DNA from: Eledone cirrhosa
Taxonomy: Eukaryota
Direction of reading: 5' to 3'
Assembly: GCA_964016885.1 (NCBI GenBank)
Contig: OZ024740.1
Span: 164,176,001-164,240,000, forward strand
DNA length: 64,000 bases
Below are positions 1-14,416 of the stretch, piece by piece. A program made the translations under genes and the position numbers. Position 1 is the stretch's first letter. Every line of letters begins with the position of its first letter. A model generated the notes under the pieces. That model made no database searches, was not told the origin of the DNA, and worked only from the letters and a program-made list of their open reading frames with translations.

Positions 1-18
1 ACAATATATATATATGGA

Positions 19-673
19 GCCGCAGCTCCATTATTATCATATTTACACATATATTTTTTCCTCCGCTGCCACCAGTCTGTTTCGTTCTTTGTGTCTTTAC
101 CATTTCTAGCAGTCTCTCTCTCTCTCTGTTAGTTTCTGCCTCACCTTTCACTCACTCACTCTCTGTCACTACCTCTCCTCCTCCCCTTTCTTCCCGTTTG
201 ATCTGTCCGTAATCCTTTTCTCGCGGGCACTTGGCCAAGCCGGTATGAATTTTTTTTCTCTCTCTCTCGTCTGCGACTTCACAGAACTTATGTTTACCGA
301 ATTCGCAGACCAGACCCCTTCTTCCTCCCGTTAGACCTGTGCGAAATTCCTTCCTTGCTCACATTTCAACCAGGTTTGATGGTCTTTATTCTCTCGTTCA
401 CGATTCCACTGAATTTATATTCATAGAAATCTGGGACTTGTTTCTTTCTTCTCATCACTTTCTGTTGCTTAAACCATTTTGTTTGTTTACCCTAGCGTCC
501 CCCTTATTTACGTGTCCCAACGAATTTTTTTAGCCGTTGCTCGCACCAACCTGAGGTATATGGCCTTTAATGCGACGAAATGCCTACGACGGTTGGAAGG
601 CCACTGATGAGGACAAACTTTTTCATATGTAACCCATTTGCAGCGCCGCAGCTCCATTATTATCATATTTACA
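19..673 (+). mobile_element. Terminally redundant 626-bp-period non-coding element between (TA)n tracts (PLE/retrozyme-like)
   Basis: GCCGCAGCTCCATTATTATCATATTTACA at 19-47 and 645-673; (TA)n both sides; degenerate HHR-like CCAAC-CTGAGG...GAAA...GTTGG at 546-596. Confidence 0.55.
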
Positions 674-802
<129 letters not shown>

Positions 803-825
803 GTGTGTATATGTGTGTGTGTGTT

Positions 826-942
826 TAAGTGTACTAGCAGGGAAACCTTATGCTAGTCCCGTTAACCTCTTATCATATAATATATATATATATAATAAAC
901 GGTTAACGGGACTAGCATAAGGTTTCCCTGCTACTACACTTA
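826..942. repeat. Inverted duplication, 42-bp arms around an AT-rich/(TA)n spacer
   Basis: 826-867 is the reverse complement of 901-942 with 1 mismatch. Confidence 0.9.
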
Positions 943-3900
943 TATACACACACATACACACACATATATATATATATATATGTAAATACACACACATATA
1001 TCGCTTTTATTTAACTCTTCTTTTCACTATCATTTATGTCCATACTGGTTATTATCAACTAACCAATTCCATTGACAATCTTTGTAATATAAATATTTAA
1101 GAACCCAAACCCTCTCCGAAGTGCAGATACAATTTATTTCATGCTATATTATGGAATATGTCAATTCATTTTTAAAACAGAGCAGAATATGATTTGAGAA
1201 ATGTTTGGTTCTAATTTTAGAAGATTGAGCAACCGCGTAGAGGTTCTCTCAATGGATTGTATAAATAATGTTTCTTACATAGAAAGTCATAGAAATGCAC
1301 TTGTATGATTTATTTACGACTACAGCGATTGTAGGTATCAAGTTGGGATAGTTCATATAGTTGACAACTGTAATACATTTTAGACGATAGACATAACATC
1401 GAGGTTATGCGGCATGGATTAGATAGCAGATATCAAGGCTTCGAGGATAGCACGTTTAATTATTAGTAGCTTTTTCAGTGGGATCATTCGAACTAATTCT
1501 CTCAATCCAACTACATATGTTCTTCTGTGATAAATTAAACCGAGTTAAATACTTATTTTAAGGTGAATAGAGATGTCTCGTATCTATCTTGGCCACAAAC
1601 ACGATGCAGTATCGATGACGTAACCACTAACTTAGCCTTTTTCACTCTCACTCTCGGGTCGAATTCTTAACAACTCTGAGTTGTTATGATAAACATTTTA
1701 ACACCCTGTCGGGGGAAATTATTTAGAGCCATTCTGGAAATTAGTTCGAAAACTTGTGATTTCGTAAGCCTAGTCCAATAATTTGCAGAATAATTTGCAT
1801 TCAGAAATCTCAGTCCACTGACAAATGCAAACTCCTTATAGAATTACCTTAAATATAACTTGATATGGGTAAACACACGATAAACATGCAGCAATATTTA
1901 CATATCACTGATATATTTACAATATAAAGTATTCCCAAAAGACCATTTTCATAGTAATGGTCTCGCAACTTTTTATAGCCCTGATTTTTTGCAGTTAATT
2001 ATTTTCTCTCTACACAGTCTCACTCACACAGCTTTGATCGACTCGGTAGTACATTAGAAGACGCTCATCTAAGATGCCTGGCAGTGCGAGGGAACTCAGT
2101 ACCTCATAATTGCGAAGCAAACTTCTGACTTACTCAACAATGTCTCCCCCCCAACTCCACAGTGACGATAACTTAAATTTATCTCTCGTTTATATCAAGA
2201 TCATAAGAAATGAAAAACAAGGCAAGAATTACAATTTAGAGTTAAACTATCTTAAAAAAAATCATTTAAAATGCGTAAAAAGAGGCCTTTTTCACAGCCC
2301 TTATGTAAAGTGTCACATCAGAATCGGAAGCACTAAATTAATGATAGACGATTAGGCTATCTACAAGCATTGATAAGAATATTTCCTTCAAATGTAAATG
2401 GAAATATATTGCATTATACATTAGGTTTAACTTCAATAAACACGATGTCACGATAGGTCAGATACGAAGCAGGTGATACATTTGCTTTATCATTTTTTTA
2501 ATAATGAACTATATGTTTTATAACCATGTGTGTCATCAAGCAATATAGTTTAAAGAGGAATTAATAAAAGGAATACATTTATAAATTCGGAAGACGAATT
2601 TATGATACTAATATAATTTCCTAATTATAAAATAGTTGTTTGGAAAATGCTTATATTCCAGAATATGCAGAAGAATATAAAAGAAAAATAAAGAATTCAA
2701 TTAATCTGTTTAGTATGTAGAAAGGTTTTCACAATCTAAAAACTGCTTAAATCTATAGAAATTTTAAGGAATTAATTTGTTCATTTCTTATCTCTCCGCT
2801 GAATTTCCAGAATTGTTTACCATATTTCAGTTACTGCAGGCAATCCATTTTCATCAATGACATAATAAATAGATTTTTATAAGAAATTTCAAGTTTTACA
2901 AGTTCAAGTTTAAATAAATGTCTCCGTATATTTACAACACTTCACACTTTAAATCAATTTAATAATTCAAAATAAAAAAAATGGATGCCATGTATTTCTC
3001 TTTCTCGGTATTCATTCAATAAAGAAAAAGACATTTAGTTCACTGCAGCTCCTGTTTCTCTTTCTTTTTGTTTTCATTTAACTGTATTGAAGAAACAAAT
3101 ATTTTCTCTCTGTCTCTTACCTTCTCTTTGTTTCTTTCAATTGAAAGACAGCTGAGAGAAGTGATGAAATATCGTTTCGTTTACTTTCTTCCTCATTTTA
3201 ATATCTTTCAAGTATTGCTGATTTCAAACTTTATATATTCCTTCACCCATTTCGCCCTTTCATATCTTTTAATTGTCTCATTTATTCTACGTCAAACAGA
3301 TATACGAGCCAAAATACTTTGTTCATATCTTTTATTATTTTGGGTTATTTTTAGTATATTTTTAGTTTCAATGAATAAAAGAAAAAGAGACAAAGAAACG
3401 CGAAAACAATATTAAATAAATACTTCATAAAACGATAAAAGCAGTGAAAACACGATGGTCATTAATCTAGATTCTGCCTTCCTGATAGATTTGAGTCATT
3501 AGAGATTTCTACAAAACAGTAGATACACCCGGCAAGTGGTAAGATAACAGTAAGGAAAGCAAAAAGAGGATCGGAAGAATAATGACAGCAACAGCAGTTG
3601 TAGCAGCAGCAACAGCAGCATCATGCAAAATTAACAATAACAATAGTATAGGCAGAATAAACACAATAAAAAAATAAAAGCAGCAACAGCAGCAAAAGCA
3701 GCATCATCATCTGCAGTTTGGCTTTTCTCCTAGTTTTACACGGTGCCAGGCGGAAGCGCTAAACTCTTACGAATGAAACAAATCAATCAGTTAAAATGGG
3801 AATACTGAGATATCTGAAGTTTGTAAGGTAAAAATTCCTCTTGAACCATGAAAATATTGGAACTAATCCCAAACACTACGTTTATCTACATCACTACACT

Positions 3901-4264
3901 ATACAGTACTACGATAAAAGATATACACTATACAGTGCAAACCAACGAGGGAGCCTCGACATGGTCATTCAATATGCTAGAAATATCAGCCAAATTCCAC
4001 CCCAAAGAAAGCCACACCCTATTTAAAATGCAATACAATGGATACTGCACTGTAGAAAAAACCCAGCAAAATAAGTGGATGGTTTTAGCTGAAAACCTTT
4101 AAAAAGGCTTTCTCTCTTGGAGCTGACCTAGGGATAAACAGGAAGAATTACAAAGACAGCAACAACAATATACGACAACACGCTATACACTGTTTAACTG
4201 AGCACCATCACTTCTTAATATAATAGAGAGCCCATCAACAACTCTCTCTCTCTTTCTCTCTCTT

Positions 4265-4905
<641 letters not shown>

Positions 4906-5250
4906 TTGTATGAATAATAATATGGGTGATGGGTGAAGACATGAAAATGAAAGAATACAGACAGTCCCATCTCATCAGTCGATTGCTAGAGATATGTAGT
5001 TACAGTGTGAACTATAACAGATTACTGATAAGAGTTAAAGAAAATAGGGATGTAGTTATAGTTAAAACTGAAGTAGACAATGAATAATGAAATAATGAGA
5101 TAAGAGAGTCGCACCTCATCAAACCAAGGGAGATATAAGGACAATGATTCGTTCTATGTAGAACTTAGAGAGCCAAACATAGCAAACATTCTCTAAATAG
5201 AATGAAGGGGATAATTACTTTATTTAGAGAAATATTTCGCATAATACACA

Positions 5251-5324
<74 letters not shown>

Positions 5325-5587
5325 ATCCTGAGAAAAACAGAAAGGATTAGGAAGAGGCAGGCCATTGACTCATGTCTAGGTGGTTTATCCCAGCTGCGTC
5401 CCGCGGGAAGAAATGGTGAATATATTGTCGTGGATAACAGCCAGCAACATTCACCACATCAGCTACTGCACCTTCCAGCGTCCCTTCCATAAGCGGATTG
5501 CAGAAAACGGAGGTAAACGGCAGTCCGGAGGCCGAGGACACTGGCGGACTTGACGGCAGGCGGCACGACAAGGAAGTAGTTGATCCC

Positions 5588-5884
<297 letters not shown>

Positions 5885-6126
5885 TATATATATATATATA
5901 TATATATCTCTTCTAACTTCACCCCTCCCTCCTAATATTCTCTATAAAAACCAAACAGGTCCTCAGTAAAATTATTCTGATGAAATGACAGTTGATAATA
6001 ACATTGAAATATTGAATGTCTGCATAACTAATACTTTGTAGATAGCAGCTGTTTTCAGGTTATGTAACTGTTATTGAAACACCTGTCAATAAATTCCTTT
6101 TAACTAAACTGTATCCATTTAAATCC

Positions 6127-6181
<55 letters not shown>

Positions 6182-6185
<4 letters not shown>

Positions 6186-6966
6186 GAGGCGGATTTTCAG
6201 GTCTTTACGAAGGTCCGACTTCCACACCGATCTCAAGCTGTGGCACGCCGCCCAGGCTTTGCTCTTCCCCTCAACCACATCATCTTCCGTATTCCCAATC
6301 TTTGCTCCCAAATACAGAAAGTCCTCGACCAATTCTAGTGGTTTCCCACCTACATTAGTAATCCCCTCTGGCTTCTCAACATTCTCTACCAGATATTTTG
6401 TTTTAGTCTCATTCATTCTCAGCCCCACACTCATCGACAGAGTATCAACCTCCTGCATCAAATCCTCTGCCTCCTTCACTGCATTTGTCACCAAAACTAT
6501 GTCGTCGGCAAATTCAGCATCCGATATCTTTTTCGCCTTAACTCTCCTGCTCTGAGCCGGTGCTACAGTAAAGCCAGAGTCCTGGTGTTTCTCCAGTGCA
6601 AGAAACTCACTCAGATGGTGGATGGGTGGTATACGAGAATGCTGAGGATGGCTCTGAACATTAATCAGTATACACTGAGGATGAAAAACTCAGAGCTGTA
6701 TGGGAGCCTCCCAAAAGTCAGCTCAAAAGTGACAGAGGAGACTGAGGTTAGCTGGACATGCTCACCGACATCCAGAGTTGACATTGCACTCAGTGCTCCT
6801 GTGGGAGCCCCTACATGGACACACTGGAAGAGGAAGACTTAGGTTAACGTATGTTGATGCTTTAAGGACAGACACTGGTCTGTTGGAGACGCAGGACATG
6901 GCAGCGATAATGAGGGACAGAGACCGCTGGAGAGAACTCGTCCATGGATCTCGGGAATTTTATCCG

Positions 6967-6968
<2 letters not shown>
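6182..6968. mobile_element. RTE-like LINE 3' portion with 5' inversion, flanked by (TA)n
   Basis: Minus 6590-6182 encodes RT EFADDIVLV...YLG...KIRLF; plus 6590-6968 continues DGWYTRMLRMAL...LLWEPLHGHTGRGRLRLTYVD. Confidence 0.85.
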
Positions 6969-7017
<49 letters not shown>

Positions 7018-7040
7018 GAGAGAGAGAGAGAAAGAGAGAA

Positions 7041-7080
<40 letters not shown>

Positions 7081-7639
7081 CGAGAGAGAAGGTGAGAGAG
7101 AGAGAGGAAAGAAAGAGGAGAAAGAGAGGGTATTTTACTCAAACTTAAGAGAGATACAGACAAAAGTAAAACGTAATTTGAAGAAGGAGTATATATTCTG
7201 ACTGAAAGAACGCTGAAGTGCGAACGCTATTGCACGTATGCCCACACACATATATGCACAAGTAACTGACATCTGTTTACTGTATTTGTATAAAGATACA
7301 CATTATTTGCACTCGATCTTCGTTGGTGTATGGACAAATATATATGAACACACGCACACGCACACACATTCACACATACACAAACACATATATATGTATT
7401 ATATATATATTCCTTTGCTCCAATTCTTGGTCGTACTTCATCTCAAAACTCTGTTTAATTGTTAATATTATATTTGTTGTGTTAAGGGGGAGCAATATAA
7501 TGAATAGTTGTAGTCAAATACCGACGTACTAATTTATTTTTACTAATACATTTATACATTTATATTTATTTACCTACTGTTAAGTGGCAAACATATTTCC
7601 AAATTTACCTATCACATGACGAGTTATACTCTAGTACTA

Positions 7640-8060
7640 GAATAACACCCAAGCTGTCATGAAGCGGTGCTTATCAATTAATAACAAAACAAATTACATG
7701 GGCATACAATTTGATATCAAAGATTACTATGCCTTTATCTCAAAAACACTACAACTAAATGCTATTAACTTTGCCAAAGTAGTAAATAATGTCAAATACT
7801 TTGAAATGGAAATCATTCAACAGATATGCTATTATGTTCCGTGCTATTATATTCCATTTTAGCATTGGAAGTTAGTATAGTGGTTACGCTTTTAACTGAT
7901 GCATGTGGCATTGCCGCATTGTGCCTCCAATGTAAATCAAAACAACAGTACCTCCGAAATAAAGGGCTCCGTTATAGTGATGATAGACTTCTTTCCTTAA
8001 GGAACTTGATTCTGGAAAAACTTAGAACGAGATTACACATAAGATAGATACATCCTTCTT
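7640..8060 (+). pseudogene. Degraded PLE reverse transcriptase fragment
   Basis: IQFDIKDYYAFISKTLQLNAINFAK (PLE QFDIxxFYPSI-like motif) and GLRYSDD (YxDD-like). Confidence 0.65.
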
Positions 8061-8496
8061 TACACATACAAAATCTAATCTTTACACAACGATTGCTTCA
8101 CCACATACCCACTCATCTATAGAGAGCACATTAGTTTAATTCATATAACACCGTTCTTATGGACTTTTATCACCACATATATGTATGTTTAAACCATCCG
8201 TACAATTAGAAACTACACTGTTAATACAGTTTGGATAGCCTTACTAACAATCGTATATTATCACCCAAAACATTAATTTTGGATCTACAGTATAATTTTG
8301 TGCCTGCCTATTTACAGAAAGTCCACTGATATATATAATATATTAATATTGTTCTTTCCACTCAAATTAATATTTTATTGTAGCATTCTCAAGAAAACGT
8401 CCTCATGCACTACCATTATTAAAATTATAAATTATAAAAATTGTATTTACATAACTATAGTTTGAAAACTAAGTTAATATTATTTATAGTCTATGC

Positions 8497-8680
8497 CGTG
8501 GATTGGCAGTACCGGTAAAGGGTCGGACGCCATACTTTGCAGCAAAGAGGTACGGCCCTTTGTGGTCTGAGTTCAAATCCCGTCGAGGTTAACTTTGCCT
8601 TTCATCCTTACGGGGTCGATAAAATAAAGTACCAGTAATACACTGATATAATTGCTGGCCTTGTGCCAAAAGTAGAAACA
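8497..8680 (+). mobile_element. tRNA-derived SINE with 18-bp TSD
   Basis: B-box-like GAGTTCAAATCCC, core GCCTTTCATCCTTACGGGGTCGATAAAATAAAGTACCAG; TSD ATTATTTATAGTCTATGC at 8479-8496 and 8681-8698. Confidence 0.9.
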
Positions 8681-9173
8681 ATTATTTATAGTCTATGCAT
8701 AATTTCCGTATAAATAGCTAATTCACTTCATATCCTTATTAATTTGGTTCTGAAAATTTACATAGATGTGGTATAGCATTTATCCCGTTGCTAGACTTTT
8801 TCTTTCCCGTTACAGCTATCGTTGAGTGTACTTGTATTTCCTATCAAAAGAAATTCCATAACAAGGACATTTAAATTTGGACTTCCAACCGTAGCCATAG
8901 AAATATGCTTGTGAAAATATAACGTCATACTGGATGGTTCTTGTTTTTAAGCTTTCTCTCTCTTTGCTCAAGAACGAAAGAGTTATTAACATAAGAAATT
9001 GACAGTTTCTTCATATCTATAAAAATAGAAGGCTATGATCTTAGACAGTTAATTAGATGATGGCCAATTATTTGATATTATAATAATTATATATACTTCT
9101 GTCTATAACGCACTCATTAAAAATCTTTGTTTAAGTAATTTTCAATATTATCTGTCTACATATGTCTGTGCAT

Positions 9174-9222
<49 letters not shown>

Positions 9223-9619
9223 CACACACATAGAAATACACATATATCTATATACACATACACACATATGTATTCGACAAAACAGATTAAAAATCATAAT
9301 TAAATTAACATAAATATACAAACATTTATATTTACATCAAGGCAAGCATTCATACATATACACATTTAAATACACATATATACAAATCTTACTTCATTCG
9401 CACGCATTCTGTCTCTCACTCTTTAAACACTTGTTTATCCTGTGCAGAAGAAAATTAACCTGTTCATTTTTATCGGCACACGTTGAAAAAGTTGGTCCCC
9501 AAGGCTAACGAAACGAACGCAACTGGTGCAGCGACCTGGTGCAGCGACCTGGTGCAGCGACGTTGTAGTAACTGACCTTAATAATTATATTCAAACTCAC
9601 CTTACGAACTTGCCTACTG

Positions 9620-9739
<120 letters not shown>

Positions 9740-10255
9740 TATATATGCTAAACCTTGATTATATATGTTCTGGCTCGTTAATTTATTAACCTGCCATAGA
9801 ACCACATTGGCATACGGTTGGATAATACTTGTATCCCTATATGCATTTTTTACACGTAGGAACACATATTTTATTATTATTAATCACCCCTTAGGTTGAG
9901 ATAAAATTTGATCGTTTGAACTGCTGCTATTTCTAGTGGCAGGACATTGACCTGTCCGCCCTTGCCTTCTATCTTTACACACGGCACTAGACAGGATCGT
10001 TTCTTTATCATTCACTCTCATCCGGGAACAGTTTTGTATGGCGCCAGTTCGTGATTTGAACTCGGGAATTTTATATTCTCCGAGCGAGAAAAACCCTCTG
10101 ACGAGGGTCACATTCTCAATGGTGATCCGCATCGACTATCCATTTATTTTGAAACTTGAAACCGCGCGGTAAGGGTACATATAGTAAGTACAGTCAACTT
10201 TTTAAAATTTATTTAAAAACGTTTTCTCTATTTGCTAAACCTTGATTATATATAT

Positions 10256-10313
10256 AGTCCAGAAATAGCCGTCGAAACGGCTTGAGCTCTGCCGTCGGGG
10301 TCATACTTTTTCC
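10256..10313 (+). mobile_element. Family A half copy starting at the hairpin loop
   Basis: AGTCCAGAAATAGCCGTCGAAACGGCTTGAGCTCTGCCGTCGGGG matches one arm of 31523-31713; (TA) both sides. Confidence 0.85.
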
Positions 10314-10526
10314 TATATATATATATATATATATATATAGTAATAATAATAATTTGAACACTAAAATCCAAAGAGGGTTCGATAAGGATAAATATATATC
10401 AAATATATAAGAACCGTAACGTTTTTTGAAATATTTACTTCTGCGTTCACAGATTGACTTTTTTAGTTTCAGAAGATCCCGTTAAGGGTGAAAGCAGCGA
10501 TTCTTTGCTTAAACTTTAATCTGTTA

Positions 10527-10608
<82 letters not shown>

Positions 10609-10781
10609 ATATAGAAATGGCTTCTACAGGACTAGAACTGTTTCATTCAGGAGAAATAATCATCCTGAATGAAACAGTTCTAGTCCTATAGAAGCCATTT
10701 CTATATTAAATATTTATACTCTGCTATGTATTGAGTACCTTACTTATTGTGGTTACTCACGGTTGAACCTGGGATAAACTT
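10609..10781 (+). mobile_element. Hairpin element family B, copy 1
   Basis: 44-bp arms 10609-10652 / 10663-10706 (1 mismatch); tail with TATTGAGTAC; homolog at 23773-23952; inverted tail copy at 10868-10933. Confidence 0.9.
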
Positions 10782-10782
10782 A

Positions 10783-10870
<88 letters not shown>

Positions 10871-10963
10871 TTTATCCCGGGTTCAATCGGGAGTAACCAC
10901 AATAAGTAAGGTACTCAATATATAACAGAGTATACATGTGTGTATATATATATATATACACAC

Positions 10964-11008
<45 letters not shown>

Positions 11009-11011
<3 letters not shown>

Positions 11012-11826
11012 AATATCTTTAAGTTGTTTGGAGGCCTCGACAATGCAAATGGGTAAATCTCCGGGTAACAAGGTCCGGTTGTGGAGAGAGAGGTGTAAGT
11101 GGGTGTACGTTGAGATGCGTGGTATGTATAAGATGTGTGAGATGTGTAGAATGAAGGGAAGAGTATAAAGGATAAAAATAAAAAATAACAACACAAGAGA
11201 GAGTTACCTTGGGAGAGATTTAATAGTCCCTATATATTTCGGATTCACATCCATCAACTGGGGTTTTTTTCCGGGGTGGGGGAAAAGGTTGTCTGTCGGA
11301 CAAGTCCGGAACGCGTCTTTCGCTGTTTGTTGTTTTGAATATCTGAGGTATTCGGCAGAGCGCGCGTGCGCGTGAAATGGGGTCGGTCGTACAGAGGTCA
11401 GCGGCCGAATGAGAGAGTGGGATGGCGCTAGCTGTCAGTCCATTCTCTTCCTGTTACATCGTTTTTTAGGCAGCGTTTCAGGAAAATAATTTGGCAGCCA
11501 GCGTTGGCCCATTTCTCCGACAGTCTAAACAGTTCCCTTACGGATGCAAACAATTCCTGGCTCAGGTGTAAGGATAAATCTCTCCCAAGGTAACTCTCTC
11601 TTGTGTTGTTATTTTTATTTTTATCCTTTATACTCTTCCCTTCATTCTACACATCTCACACATCTTATACACACCACGCATCTCAACGTACACCCACTTT
11701 CATTTCTCTCTCCACCACCGGACCTTGTTACCCGGAGATTTACCCATTTGCATTGTCGAGGCTTCCAAACGACTTAAAGATATTTACTTATTGTTCCACA
11801 ATGCTTCAAGCAAACTTCAATACTCT

Positions 11827-11829
<3 letters not shown>
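11009..11829. mobile_element. PLE-derived insertion with ~213-bp inverted repeats
   Basis: Arms 11009-11221 / 11576-11788; minus spacer encodes IIFLKRCLKNDV (PLE N-terminal-like) and degenerate HHR 11228-11263. Confidence 0.7.
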
Positions 11830-11914
<85 letters not shown>

Positions 11915-11920
11915 TACACA

Positions 11921-11980
<60 letters not shown>

Positions 11981-11985
<5 letters not shown>

Positions 11986-12174
11986 AACGAGTAGGACCCC
12001 GACGGCTGAGCTCAAGCCGTTTCGACGGCTAATTCTGAGTCTAGAATTAGCCGTCGAAACGGCTTGAGCTCAGCCGTCGGGGTCCTACTCGTTCCTATTA
12101 CCCACTCTACTACCCTAAGTATTGAGTACTTTGGTGCGTTATGGTCCACCTGGTTCCTTACCTCATTTCCTTCG

Positions 12175-12176
<2 letters not shown>
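11981..12176 (+). mobile_element. Hairpin element family A, copy 2
   Basis: Perfect 56-bp arms 11981-12036 / 12043-12098, 6-nt loop, tail with TATTGAGTAC at 12120. Confidence 0.92.
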
Positions 12177-12208
<32 letters not shown>

Positions 12209-12495
12209 TGCACAGCAAACATTGTAAGTACATAACCAGATACTGAAGAAGGCGGTGGTTTAATAAAATAAGTGGCTTTGTTCAATTCAGTTCTGAGCAA
12301 TGATTCCAGACTGATGACTAATTTAGAGCCTAGTCATATATGATGAATTGGTGAAGCTGGAAGAGAGGGATACTGATCTCAAAAATTTTGACATACCGCC
12401 CAGAGTGAGTATGTTTATATTTGCCACTCCTACACAATTATCTCATTGGACAGCTGCTTTAATTTATGTATGTATGTATATATGTATGTATCTAC

Positions 12496-12526
<31 letters not shown>

Positions 12527-12647
12527 TGTATGTATGTATGTATGTATGTATGTATGTATGTATGTTTGTATATATATATATTTGCGTGTGTGTGTGTGTG
12601 TACATATATATATATAAACAGATATATATGTATATATTACATATGTT

Positions 12648-12731
<84 letters not shown>

Positions 12732-12796
12732 TATATGTATATATATATATTTATACATATATATATATATATATATACACACACATATATATATAT

Positions 12797-12920
<124 letters not shown>

Positions 12921-12974
12921 CACACCGTGATTTAAATAGAATGGGTTCTGAAAGCATAATCAATATGTATATAT

Positions 12975-13091
12975 AATTGTTTCTACTTTAGGGAGAAGGC
13001 CAGCAATTAACCAGTGCATTATTGGTACTTTATTTTATCCACCCCGTAAGGATGAAAGGCAAAGTCAACCTCGGCGGGATTTGAACTCAGA
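12975..13091 (-). mobile_element. SINE, 5'-truncated
   Basis: Reverse complement of the SINE core seen at 8497 and 59139. Confidence 0.85.
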
Positions 13092-14240
13092 TTTGAAATA
13101 TGTATATATAATATGCATACATATGTCTCGCCGTGATTATTTTAAGCTGTGATCATGTGTGCATATATTAGTGTAATCTATTATTTTATGTTAATGAGAA
13201 GAAGCGTGAGAGTTCTCGTGCTCATGTGTGTATGGATTGCCTGAGAATATTTATAAATTCAAGAAAACTTTCTGCAGAATCACAATCATTTTCCGTTCTG
13301 GAAAACACCCTGTTGAAGCCCTTGATATAATAACTATCAATTTCCATTTTTAACACGAAGAGGATGCAAACTGTAAGCACAACTGTAGAGTGAAGTATAT
13401 ATGTGTACTTCAAAAATGCAGAACAAAAGATACACAAAACATCTTGTACCATAAACATCTTGTCTGGTAACTTTTATAGAGATAAAAATAATTTCGTACT
13501 GTGTCTGGGAGTGGAGCTTAGTTCTGTTTTCTTATTATTATATGTTGTTGGTTAGGATATTAGGATATGCAATATTTCAATTGAAAAATAAAACAAAGAA
13601 TAAAACAAAACAAACAAAAGCAAACAAAAGCAAACAAGAGACACAAGTACAAATAAAGTCTCCTTGCTCACACAGTATAACATTTCGTTATCTCTTTTCA
13701 AGGCTTTGTTAAAACCATAGATTATGTCATTCATCAACTGGTATAACACCATTGTCTCTTTTGTGTCTTTTTTGTTTTACATTTAATTGTGTTTCATAAA
13801 TTCTAAATAGAAATATTAGAACCATGATATTGTACGTATAACAGACGGACAAAAATGCAGTGCCACCATTATATAGATCCCTCTTTTATTGTTAATTACG
13901 AGTATGTTGTCATTGGGTGTGTCATATGAGATTTAGAGCAGGACATTGTCTTTAAATAGTTGTCACTATATACAAATATACAGAATAAGTATTTGTACTG
14001 TTTGTAATGTTGTTGTTGTTGCTCATGATAATTATAATAAAGACGATGGCAATAACAACGTTAATATCGATGAGGATCAGTACCCTGTTCGTGTTAATGA
14101 TAATTATGATCAGCATAATGATTATGATCATAGTGATCATGATAATGATCGTAATCATCATAATCATGTTGCTTATGGTAATTATGATGATGATGAAGAT
14201 CATCATCATCATGGTTCCCTATATATAACATGAAATAATT

Positions 14241-14416
14241 TACCGTATTTCCCGGCGTCGAAGACGCTACTTTTTCCCTAAAATAAGTCTCAAAAATCTA
14301 CCATGCGACCTGGAGGCCGAAGGTTGTTTATTACGTTTTTTTTTTCAAATTTTTGGTTGTCAAAATTAGGGTGCGTCCTCAAGGACGAACCGTCTTCGGC
14401 GCCGGGAAATACGGTA
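14241..14416. mobile_element. MITE, Tc2/pogo-like termini
   Basis: TA-CCGTATTTCCCGGCGTCGAAGACG ... CGTCTTCGGCGCCGGGAAATACGG-TA: 24-bp TIR (1 mismatch) plus TA TSD. Confidence 0.85.

Noticed and set aside
5973-6030. CTGATGA-AATG..CATT-GAAA..GTC HHR-like motif
   Set aside because: Stem I does not pair and no second copy is available; possible decayed HHR only
9523-9561. CTGGTGCAGCGAC x3 (also AAGAAAGCCATCTTTCT x3 at 16621-16692)
   Set aside because: Simple local tandem duplications, not CRISPR-like
13946-14233. Asp/His/Asn-rich ORF
   Set aside because: Degenerate (GAT/CAT)n trinucleotide tract
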